Positions 1-8,372 of a stretch of DNA of 64,000 nt are shown here, piece by piece. Where the stretch lies: positions 64,001-128,000 of IMG/VR virus record IMGVR_UViG_3300021478_000016; one strand, 5' to 3'. A model generated the notes under the pieces. It searched no databases. It saw only the letters and a program-made list of their open reading frames with translations, and was not told where the DNA came from. Positions within the stretch are counted from its first letter, which is position 1; each line of letters opens with the position of its first letter. Position numbers and translations under genes: made by a program. The stretch is from a virus.

Positions 1-417
1 GTCCCCCATGACGCGGTTGAGGACGACACCCATGAGCGCCGCCTGCACGGCAGCACCTACGGTGGTGGTCTCATCGATAAAGAGAACGCCTTCCCCGATC
101 TCGCAGAGGTCCTGGACCTTCTTCCAAGGGCAGAGTCGGACGACCTTGCCCTTACCATCGGGGACCGGGATGCCGGAGAAGTCCTCTGGGGCACAGGTCG
201 AGGGGAAGACCGTGGCTTGGTAGAGGTTGAGGACTCTCGAGATCGCCGCCACAGTGTCCGACTTGCGGATGCCAGGGTCACCCCAGAGAATGACAGGCAA
301 CCCCTTCTTGGTCGTCGGGTCTCGCGGGTCGCCGTGTGGGACGCACATGGCGGTAAGAAGAAGAGGCTCGAGGTTGGTCACACCTTCGTTGGTAGAGACA
401 TCGATTATGTCACTCAT
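1..417 (-). CDS. MoxR-like AAA+ ATPase (runs off the window edge)
   Basis: Translated by hand (absent from the ORF track): MSDIIDVSTNEG...VILWGDPGIRKS (Walker A-like)...PEDFSGIP...GVLFIDE (Walker B)...VQAALM. GGAG lies upstream of the ATG at 417. Confidence 0.8.
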   Translation of the reverse strand, partial: MSDIIDVSTNEGVTNLEPLLLTAMCVPHGDPRDPTTKKGLPVILWGDPGIRKSDTVAAISRVLNLYQATVFPSTCAPEDFSGIPVPDGKGKVVRLCPWKKVQDLCEIGEGVLFIDETTTVGAAVQAALMGVVLNRVMGD

Positions 418-434
418 GGGATCTCCAGTCGAGA

Positions 435-460
435 GGTCTCCGAGGCGCATCTCGGAGACC
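435..460. other. Perfect 10-bp inverted repeat in the leader of the AAA gene
   Basis: GGTCTCCGAG-GCGCAT-CTCGGAGACC. Confidence 0.7.
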
Positions 461-467
461 CTCTCTT

Positions 468-1091
468 CTACCGCGGAACCACATGACACTTGCACGTGCA
501 CTTGCCGATGCGCCAGCAACGCGCTTGCGTGCAGAGGGGGCACTCGTTGTTCTGTGCGATGTGCCCATCCCACAGTTGAAAGGCTTGGAACTGGTCGATC
601 TCCGAGCCCAACATGAGCGCCACACAAGGAAGGCAGATGACGTATGGGTCGTCGTCGGAGGAGATGAAGGTCGTGTCCTTCGTCCGCTCCGACATCCCGA
701 TCTCTCCGACGTGCACGGTCGCGCACTTCTCGCCCATGCGTATCGATGACTGGCAGTAGTCACAGCAGAGCACCGAGCCTGGTTCATCCCACGGAGGTCT
801 GTCTTCGACCGCTTCCGAGAGCTCCTCACCGACGTTCTCCCAGCACTCGTACCTGAAGAACAGCGGTTCCGCGACAGGCTCGCCGTACTCGTCCTGAAGG
901 ATCATGTAGTGGACCTGGCTGTCCGGGGACGTGTAGGTCATCGCCAGGTGCACGCAGACGATGTCTTCCTCGAGCTTGATGAACTCTTCGTCTCCGCATC
1001 CGCAGAGTAGCTCCGAGTAGTCCCCCTCCTCTCCGTCTTCGCACTCCTCTTCCTCCAGCTCGAGCTCCACCCCGCTCAAAGTTGATGCCAT
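468..1091 (-). CDS. Acidic, Cys-rich (putative Zn-binding) hypothetical protein
   Basis: AGGAG before the ATG at 1091; poly-Glu N-terminus; CGC, CDYC, CLPC, CPLC and CTCKC clusters. Confidence 0.7.
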   Translation of the reverse strand: MASTLSGVELELEEEECEDGEEGDYSELLCGCGDEEFIKLEEDIVCVHLAMTYTSPDSQVHYMILQDEYGEPVAEPLFFRYECWENVGEELSEAVEDRPPWDEPGSVLCCDYCQSSIRMGEKCATVHVGEIGMSERTKDTTFISSDDDPYVICLPCVALMLGSEIDQFQAFQLWDGHIAQNNECPLCTQARCWRIGKCTCKCHVVPR

Positions 1092-1669
1092 GTCACTCCT
1101 TGTCTCTCGTACCTCTTCCACCGGAGGTCAACGGTCTGGAGCCGAGTGTCGGGAGCGACACCCGTGTCTTGATCGAAGTCGAACAGTAGGACCAGGAACT
1201 CTCGGACATCAGCGTTCACCCGAATCATCCTGTCGATCTCGAACTCTGAGGGCAGAATCGGGGAGCCAGTCAACTGCTCTTGCTGGTACCGGAGCTCGGA
1301 CTCTCGTGTGTACAGGTCATCTCGGAGGTCCTCTTCGTCCATGAAGAAGCCCATCCAGCCGCGATCGTAGGGGTCCACGTAGTCACTCCCCAACCACCGG
1401 CAGTACTCGCCGGGATTCGCGAAGCCGAGCAACAGCTCTAGGTCTCGCTGGTTGATGAACGAGTGGACCCCCTTCTGATCTACCACTCGAGCGCGGATAC
1501 CTCCGAGCGCTCGCCCCCAGATGGGGGAGTAAAGTCCATCGATGGTCCACTCACGTCTGGTCTCGTGAGGGTCCCCCACCCTCACGCCGACCAAGCCGAA
1601 TGTCTCGCCGAGAAGCCTACCCCCGATAACCCCCAAGCGCCCACGTTCCAGTGACGGGTGCACGATCAT
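1076..1669 (-). CDS. Hypothetical protein
   Basis: 197-aa ORF with AGGAG upstream, coupled to the next minus-strand gene. Confidence 0.65.
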   Translation of the reverse strand: MIVHPSLERGRLGVIGGRLLGETFGLVGVRVGDPHETRREWTIDGLYSPIWGRALGGIRARVVDQKGVHSFINQRDLELLLGFANPGEYCRWLGSDYVDPYDRGWMGFFMDEEDLRDDLYTRESELRYQQEQLTGSPILPSEFEIDRMIRVNADVREFLVLLFDFDQDTGVAPDTRLQTVDLRWKRYERQGVTWHQL

Positions 1670-1744
1670 GTCGCAATCGTTCTCCTAGCCAGGTCATGAA
1701 GCCCCGAATGATTCCTATGAGCACCGCCGAGAGAAAAAACTCGA

Positions 1745-1873
1745 TCATTCGCTGTCCTCGTCCTTCTTCTCGTCTTCTTCCTCGTCGGTTTGACCGCGAT
1801 ACATCCGGTCAACGTGCCGCTCGAACTCGCGTCCGCTGTTCTCGTCTTCGTCCTTGGTCTTCGGTCCAGGCAT
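1745..1873 (-). CDS. 42-aa highly acidic microprotein
   Basis: Hand translation MPGPKTKDEDENSGREFERHVDRMYRGQTDEEEDEKKDEDSE*; GAGG SD; promoter-like motif at 1915-1922. Confidence 0.6.
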   Translation of the reverse strand: MPGPKTKDEDENSGREFERHVDRMYRGQTDEEEDEKKDEDSE

Positions 1874-1914
1874 GTTTTCCTCTGATGCGGGACGTGTGCG
1901 TCTGCTCCAGTACT

Positions 1915-1922
1915 CTTTTCCC
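1915..1922 (-). promoter_or_regulatory. Variant of the phage promoter-like motif (GGGAAAAG-N6-G)
   Basis: Minus strand GGGAAAAG AGTACT GGAG, the same geometry as the GGnATAAG sites. Confidence 0.45.
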
Positions 1923-1967
1923 CGTCTTTAGGTAGGCTTTGCTAAGCTCTGCTGCTGAGATCTACCG

Positions 1968-4900
1968 ATGGCCTACCTCGACCCGACCGATGCCTACCAT
2001 CACCTCCGGGACCGGACGCTGGAGGGTCTCCACTACCTGTTCGAGTCGCCCATCAAGGGCAAGGCACGGTCCCTCTCGTTGACCAAGCTCGAGGTGGAAG
2101 ATCCTCTGCGGGTGGACGACATCCGAGGACAGCAGCGCGCCAAGATGAACGGCGAGACCTGGGGAGCTCAGGTCTTCGGCACCCTCGAGATGAAGGACAA
2201 CCTGACGGGCGCCGTCGTCGACACGAAGCGCATCCGCCTGACGGACATCCCCAAGACCACTCGACGTTACAGCTACATCGTCAGCGGTCAGGAGTACCAG
2301 GTCGACAACCAGTGGCAGCTCAAGCCTGGCGTCTACGTTCGTCGCAAGGCGAACGGAGATCTCGAGGCCCGCTTCAACGTGACTGGTCGTGTCGGGCAGC
2401 TCAACGCCATCTTCGACCCCGCCAGCAAGCTGTTCAAGGTCGAGTACCGCAAGTCCAAGGGCTCTCCTCTCTACCCCTTCTTGAAGGCCATGGGAGTCGG
2501 AGACGACGAGCTCGAGAAGACCTGGGGCAAGGAGATCTTCGAAGCGAACAAGAACGCACCCCGCAGTGCCGGTGCCGTCGAGTCCTTCTACAAGACCAAC
2601 ACCGGTCAGGTCGCTCCCTCACATCAGGCGGCGGTTCAGCATCTGCACGAGATCTTCCTGGACGCCAAGATGCGCCCCGAGGTCAATGAGGTCACTCTCG
2701 GTAAGCCGGTCGAGCACATCAGCGGAGAGGCCCTGCATCTGGCCACCAAGAAGCTGCTCGATGTGCAGCGAGGCGCTCCCGAAGATGACCGAGACAACTT
2801 GGTCTTCAAGGACCTGCGGTCAGCCGGTGACTTCGCCTACGAGCGCCTGCGCGGGTCGAAGAGAACCATCATCCAGAAGCTCCAGCGGCAGCTCAACAGC
2901 ACGAAGACGATGGGCGTTCGTGACGCTGTGCGCTTCGACTACTTCAACGAGCCGGTCAAGCAGCTCTTCACCAAGACCTCTATCGCCAACCCGGCGACGC
3001 AGATCAACCCCCTTCAGATGGTCTCGACTGCTATGCAGACGACCATCATGGGGCCTGGTGGCATCAAGAGCGAGAGGAGCATCACCGAAGAGGCGAAGAT
3101 GATCAATCCTTCGCATCTCGGATTCCTCGATCCCATCAACACGCCGGAGAGCGACAAGACCGGCGTGACGTTGCGTCTGCCGATGGGGATGAAGAAGAAG
3201 GGTACGGAGGCCACGATCGCGGCCTACAACCTGAAGACCGGCAAGTTCGACGACCTGTCTCCCAGCCTCTTTCTCAAGAGCAACGTGGTTCTTCCCGACC
3301 AGGTCGACTGGAAGTCTGGCAAGCCCGTACCCATCTCCGCGAAGGTGAAGATGGTGGCCGAACACAACCGCATCGAGGAACGGGGCTTCGGCGAGGCCGA
3401 CTACGTTCTGCGTCACCCCAGTCAGCTCTTCAACGTCACGTCGAACCTCATCCCCTTCTTGCCCAACGACTCTGGTGGTCGCGCCGGCATGGCCAGCCGC
3501 CACATGGAGCAGGCTATCTCGCTGGTGCATCGCCAAGCACCGCTGGTCCAGGTGGCCGCCCCCACGGTTCCAGGTAGCGGCATCGACAGCTTCGAACAGC
3601 TCCTCGGCCACCAGACATCGCATCGAGCCCCGGCAGCCGGTACGGTCACCAAGATCAAGAAGGACGCCATCATCATCGATGGCTCCGATGGCCAAGAGCA
3701 CGAGGTGCAGATCTACCACAACTACCCGCTCAACGACGTCAAGAGCGTGATGCACTCTTCTCCACTCGTGAGGGTGGGTGACAAGGTCCATCGAGGCCAG
3801 GTCATCGCTGACACGAACTACTCGAAGGACGGCACGCTCGCTCTCGGTACGAACCTCCGTGTCGCCTACGTTCCCTTCAAGGGGTACAACTTCGAGGACG
3901 GCATCGTCATCAGCGACGAGGCAGCGAGGAAGCTCTCGAGCGTCCATCTGCACAAGCCATTGCTGAAGATCGAGGCCAACACCATCCTCGACCCCAGGAA
4001 GTTCTCGGTCCTCCATCCCGGGGTCTTCAAGTCCGACCAGTACGACAAGCTGGACGAGAACGGGGTCGTGCGCATCGGTCAGAAGGTCAAGCCAGGTGAT
4101 CCGCTCGTGGTCGCGATGCGTCCCTTCGAGCTCAAGGACCGCTCCGGTCTGACCGCGATGCGCAAGGCGCTCAAGGCACACCACAGCGACAACTCGGTCC
4201 GTTGGGACAGCGACTTCGAAGGCGAGGTCGTTGCTGTGCACAAGACGCCAGAGAAGGTCACCGTCCACGTCAAGACGGTCGAGCCGATGCAGGTGGGCGA
4301 CAAGCTCTCCGGCCGCCACGGCAACAAGGGCATCGTCACCAAGATCTTGTCGAACGACGAGATGCCCAGAAGCAAGACCGGCGGTCCCATCGATGTGCTG
4401 CTGAACCCGAGTGGTGTGCCAGGACGCATGAACGTGGGGCAGGTCCTCGAGACCGCTGCTGCGAAGATTGCTCAGAAGACAGGCAGGACGTATCTCGTCG
4501 ACAACTTCGACCCCAAGATCACCGATGCGCTCACTCGAGTGAAGGACGAGCTCAAGAAGCACGGCATCTCTGACACCGAGGAGCTCATCGACCCAGTGTC
4601 CCATCAGCCTCTCGGGCCGGCGCTCGTCGGACCGCAGTACATGCTGAAGCTTGTGCACCAGGTCGAGAAGAAGTTGTCGGTGCGCAGCGGCATGAGCTTG
4701 CCGGGTCTGCCCGATGCAGAGCCCTACGACACGAATCTCCAGCCTGGTGGTGGTGGGCACGCTGGAGGGCAGAGCCTGAGCCATCTGGCCCTCTACGCGA
4801 TGCTGGCGCACGGCGCGAAGGCCAACGTGCGGGAGATGTCGACGTGGAAGGCTGAGGGCAGAGACCCCGAGCAGAACGAGGCGAAGCGTTGGCCGTCGCA

Positions 4901-7900
4901 GCACATCGAGGTCTGGAAGGCCATTCAAGAGGGCACGCCTCTGCCTCCTCCGAAGACGACCTTCGCCTTCAAGAAGTTCACCGACATGCTCAAGGGGGCG
5001 GGCATCAACGTCGAGAAGCAGGGGCACCAGTTCGTGCTTGGTCCGCTCACAGACAAGCAGATCATCGACATGTCGAGTGGGGAACTCACTCAGGCGGATA
5101 AGTCGCCTGTGCGTGCCAAGACGGACAAGTCCGGCGAGTTCATCGTGATGCCTGGTGGTCTCTTCGACGAGAGGATCACCGGTGGTCATGGTGGAACGAA
5201 GTGGGCGCATCTGCGTCTGGCCGAGCCAGTGCCGAACCCGGTCTTCGAAAGTGCCATCAAGAAGCTGACGGGTCTGAAGGAGCAGCAGTTCGACTCCATC
5301 ATGACGGGAGACGTCGGAGTCGACCCAGGTACCGGCAAGATCGTGTCTTCGAAGTTGGGGGTCACAGGCGGCGCAGGCATCAAGGCGTTGCTCGACCGCA
5401 TCGACGTGAAGCGTGACCTCGAGGCTGCGAAGAAAGAGCTCACGAAGACCCCTCTTTCGAAGGCGGACAAGGTCCTCAAGAGAGTGAAGTACCTCACTTC
5501 GCTCCAGCGTCTCGACCTGAAGCCGAGCGACGCGTACATCCTGCACAACATTCCGATCGTGCCTCCAGTCATCCGTCCGCTCACGATGATGGCGGATGGG
5601 GGTCTGAAGTACGAAGACATCAACGGGCTCTACAAGCAGTTCGAGACGATCAACAACCGCCTCAAGGACCCGGTCCTGTCCACCAACCTGACGGACCGCA
5701 AGAAGAAGGAGCTGCGCGATGCCTACTACGATGGCGTGAAGGCCATCATGGGTGTCGGGACGGTGAACAAGGACAAGAAGGAGAAGGGCCTGCTCGATCA
5801 GATTGCCGGCATCTCTCCCAAGGAAGGCTACTTCCAGAGCGTCCTGACCAACCGTCGTCAAGACCTCACGATGCGGTCGACGATCGTGCCCGAGCCCTCT
5901 CTCGGTCTCGACGAAGTCGGTCTGCCTCGTGATGCTGCGCTCACCCTCTTCCGCCCGTTCGTCATCCGCCAGCTCGTTCTTCAGGGTACGGCTCCTACGG
6001 CCATACAGGCCACCGCCGTCTTGTCGAAGGTGCACAAGGGGCAGGACGATCCCATGGTCTGGCGTGCGCTCGAGCACGTGATGAACGAACGCCCCGTGCT
6101 GCTGAAGAGGGACCCGTCTCTGCACAAGTACTCGGTGCAAGCGTTCAAGCCCCGTGTCGTAATGGGCAACGCCATCCAGATCCACCCGCTCGTGACCGGG
6201 GGATTCAACGCCGACTTCGACGGAGACACGATGGCCGTGTACGTGCCCATCAGCCATGAGGCCGTGCGCGAAGCCCAGAAGATGTTCCCCTCGAACAACG
6301 TCTTCAACGAGGCCTCAGGCCACGTGATGTACCAGCCCACCCTCGAGAGCGCCCTCGGCCTCTACAAGCTCTCGATGGTGGGCAAGAAGACCAACGCCTC
6401 CTTCGCGACCGACCAAGAAGCCGTGGAAGCCCTGCATCAGGGCAAGGTCCATCACACCGACATCGTGAGCGTGGGAGGCAAGACCACTACGCCAGGACGT
6501 GTGCTGCTGGCCTCCGTCCTGCCTGATGACTTGCACAAGCAGGTCCTGCACGATCTGGACTTCCGAGTCGACAAGAACGGCCTCAAGTCCATTCTCACCC
6601 AGGTCGGCAAGAAGAACGCCGGTGCGTTTGGACGCATCGCTGACGACATCAAGAACCTCGGCTACGACGCCTCGTTCGGCGTCGTGAAGACGTCTCTCGC
6701 CAAGGGGGGCAACGTCGCCATCGGAACACACTCCCTCTCCCTCGATGACTTCACCACCGATCGCGGGACTCGTGATGGGCTGCTTCGAACAGCACGCGAG
6801 AAGGTGAATGGCATCACCGCAAACCCTCGCCTGAGTCAGTCGGAGAAAGACCGCCAGTCGGTCAACGTCTGGGTCGATGCCTCCGACGAGATGATGAAGG
6901 AGCACCGTCGGAAGGCGGAGGATTCCCCGTCGAACCTCTACCTGATGGCTCGCGCTGGCGTGAAGCCGGACTGGAACCAGTACAAGCAGATGGTGCTGGC
7001 CCCCATGATCTACAAGGACTCGTTCGACCGGGACATCCCGACAGCCGTCACCAAGAGCTACTCCGAAGGGCTCGATCTTGGTGGATACTGGACGCAACTC
7101 TACGGCGCACGTCGAGGCGCCGTCATGAAGGTCCAAGAGGTTCAAGAGCCTGGCGCCCTCTCGAAGCTGCTCTTGAACACAACGATGAACATGCTCGTGG
7201 AGAAGCCCGACTGCGGAACCAAGAAGGGCGTGGCCCTGCTGGCTAGCGACCCGGATGTGCATGACAGACATCTGGCGCAGGCGTTCCACATCGGGCATCT
7301 GCATGTTCCTGAAGGCACGCTGCTGACGCCCGACATCGTCGGGCAGATCCGCTCGGCCGACAAGAACGCCAAGCTCCTGGTTCGCAGCCCACTCAAGTGT
7401 GAGGCGGAACACGGCCTCTGTCAGAAGTGCATCGGCCCATCTGTCGAAGGTCAGAACTACGAGCTCGGGACGAACATCGGCGTCATCTCCGCGCAGGCCG
7501 TCGGAGAGCGTGCGATGCAGCTCATGCTCAAGGGGTTCCACACCGGCGGTGTCCGTGAGGCTGGTGGCGGGTCGAAGATCGTGAACCAGTTCGACCGGTT
7601 CAAGCAGCTCACGACACTACCTACCAAGATCCCCAATGCAGCGACGGTGGCGATGACCAGTGGACGCATCGAGCGCATCGTGCCAACAGAGACCGGAGTG
7701 GACATCTGGATCAACGGCACCCGTCACTTCGTGGGAAGGGACCCGGCAGGTAACGCACTCCACATGCCGCTAACCGGTGCGAACCGAGATGCCCGTTCCA
7801 TCCCCTTCTCGGCCTCAAAGATCGGAGACCACGTCGAAGCGGGTACGATGCTCAGCGACCCGAATCGCACGTCCGTCAACCCTCATGACCTGTACCGTGC

Positions 7901-8363
7901 GACGGGCAGCATCGACGAGGTCCAGAATCAGATCACCGGAGAGATGGACCGCATCTACAACTCCAGCGGACCGACGGTGCGCAGGCGCATGCTCGAGACC
8001 CTCGTGAAGGCGATGAGCAACCTCACCAAGGTCGAAGACCCTGGAGACCACCAGTACATCATGCGCGGCGAGTTCCACCCGACGTCGGTGGTCAAGAAGC
8101 TCAACGAAACGGAGCTGAAGGGCAAGATGCCCATCCTCCACCGTCCGGTACTTCAAGGCGTGGACGTTCTTCCGCTATCCTTGCAAGAAGACTGGATGGC
8201 GAAGATGCAGCACGCCAAGCTCAAGGACACGCTCTACGAGGCCGCAGCGCAGGGTCTCGTCTCCAAGATCCACGGACCACACCCCGTTCCCGGTGTCGCG
8301 TACGGCGCCGAGTTCGGGCTCCCTCCGCGAGAGGGCAAGAACGTCCAGCCCTTCCACTACTGA
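1968..8363 (+). CDS. rpoBC: Fused DNA-directed RNA polymerase beta-beta' subunit (phage-encoded, single chain)
   Basis: Beta motifs: GPGG...PSHLGFLDPINTPE, LIPFLPND, GYNFEDGI, GDKLSGRHGNKG, LNPSGVPGRMNVGQ, YMLKLVHQV. Junction near GINVEK/QGHQF (~5020). Beta' motifs: PPVIRP, LLKRDPSLH, FNADFDGD (~6204-6227), bridge helix YGARRG, RSPLKC...CQKC, trigger loop AQAVGERAMQLMLKGFHTGG. Confidence 0.97.
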   Translation: MAYLDPTDAYHHLRDRTLEGLHYLFESPIKGKARSLSLTKLEVEDPLRVDDIRGQQRAKMNGETWGAQVFGTLEMKDNLTGAVVDTKRIRLTDIPKTTRRYSYIVSGQEYQVDNQWQLKPGVYVRRKANGDLEARFNVTGRVGQLNAIFDPASKLFKVEYRKSKGSPLYPFLKAMGVGDDELEKTWGKEIFEANKNAPRSAGAVESFYKTNTGQVAPSHQAAVQHLHEIFLDAKMRPEVNEVTLGKPVEHISGEALHLATKKLLDVQRGAPEDDRDNLVFKDLRSAGDFAYERLRGSKRTIIQKLQRQLNSTKTMGVRDAVRFDYFNEPVKQLFTKTSIANPATQINPLQMVSTAMQTTIMGPGGIKSERSITEEAKMINPSHLGFLDPINTPESDKTGVTLRLPMGMKKKGTEATIAAYNLKTGKFDDLSPSLFLKSNVVLPDQVDWKSGKPVPISAKVKMVAEHNRIEERGFGEADYVLRHPSQLFNVTSNLIPFLPNDSGGRAGMASRHMEQAISLVHRQAPLVQVAAPTVPGSGIDSFEQLLGHQTSHRAPAAGTVTKIKKDAIIIDGSDGQEHEVQIYHNYPLNDVKSVMHSSPLVRVGDKVHRGQVIADTNYSKDGTLALGTNLRVAYVPFKGYNFEDGIVISDEAARKLSSVHLHKPLLKIEANTILDPRKFSVLHPGVFKSDQYDKLDENGVVRIGQKVKPGDPLVVAMRPFELKDRSGLTAMRKALKAHHSDNSVRWDSDFEGEVVAVHKTPEKVTVHVKTVEPMQVGDKLSGRHGNKGIVTKILSNDEMPRSKTGGPIDVLLNPSGVPGRMNVGQVLETAAAKIAQKTGRTYLVDNFDPKITDALTRVKDELKKHGISDTEELIDPVSHQPLGPALVGPQYMLKLVHQVEKKLSVRSGMSLPGLPDAEPYDTNLQPGGGGHAGGQSLSHLALYAMLAHGAKANVREMSTWKAEGRDPEQNEAKRWPSQHIEVWKAIQEGTPLPPPKTTFAFKKFTDMLKGAGINVEKQGHQFVLGPLTDKQIIDMSSGELTQADKSPVRAKTDKSGEFIVMPGGLFDERITGGHGGTKWAHLRLAEPVPNPVFESAIKKLTGLKEQQFDSIMTGDVGVDPGTGKIVSSKLGVTGGAGIKALLDRIDVKRDLEAAKKELTKTPLSKADKVLKRVKYLTSLQRLDLKPSDAYILHNIPIVPPVIRPLTMMADGGLKYEDINGLYKQFETINNRLKDPVLSTNLTDRKKKELRDAYYDGVKAIMGVGTVNKDKKEKGLLDQIAGISPKEGYFQSVLTNRRQDLTMRSTIVPEPSLGLDEVGLPRDAALTLFRPFVIRQLVLQGTAPTAIQATAVLSKVHKGQDDPMVWRALEHVMNERPVLLKRDPSLHKYSVQAFKPRVVMGNAIQIHPLVTGGFNADFDGDTMAVYVPISHEAVREAQKMFPSNNVFNEASGHVMYQPTLESALGLYKLSMVGKKTNASFATDQEAVEALHQGKVHHTDIVSVGGKTTTPGRVLLASVLPDDLHKQVLHDLDFRVDKNGLKSILTQVGKKNAGAFGRIADDIKNLGYDASFGVVKTSLAKGGNVAIGTHSLSLDDFTTDRGTRDGLLRTAREKVNGITANPRLSQSEKDRQSVNVWVDASDEMMKEHRRKAEDSPSNLYLMARAGVKPDWNQYKQMVLAPMIYKDSFDRDIPTAVTKSYSEGLDLGGYWTQLYGARRGAVMKVQEVQEPGALSKLLLNTTMNMLVEKPDCGTKKGVALLASDPDVHDRHLAQAFHIGHLHVPEGTLLTPDIVGQIRSADKNAKLLVRSPLKCEAEHGLCQKCIGPSVEGQNYELGTNIGVISAQAVGERAMQLMLKGFHTGGVREAGGGSKIVNQFDRFKQLTTLPTKIPNAATVAMTSGRIERIVPTETGVDIWINGTRHFVGRDPAGNALHMPLTGANRDARSIPFSASKIGDHVEAGTMLSDPNRTSVNPHDLYRATGSIDEVQNQITGEMDRIYNSSGPTVRRRMLETLVKAMSNLTKVEDPGDHQYIMRGEFHPTSVVKKLNETELKGKMPILHRPVLQGVDVLPLSLQEDWMAKMQHAKLKDTLYEAAAQGLVSKIHGPHPVPGVAYGAEFGLPPREGKNVQPFHY

Positions 8364-8372
8364 GGCAAAGCG

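Noticed and set aside
1968-8363. Host chromosomal rpoB-rpoC locus or a chimeric assembly
   Set aside because: No flanking ribosomal protein genes, strong divergence with deletions, and codon style continuous with the neighbouring phage genes.
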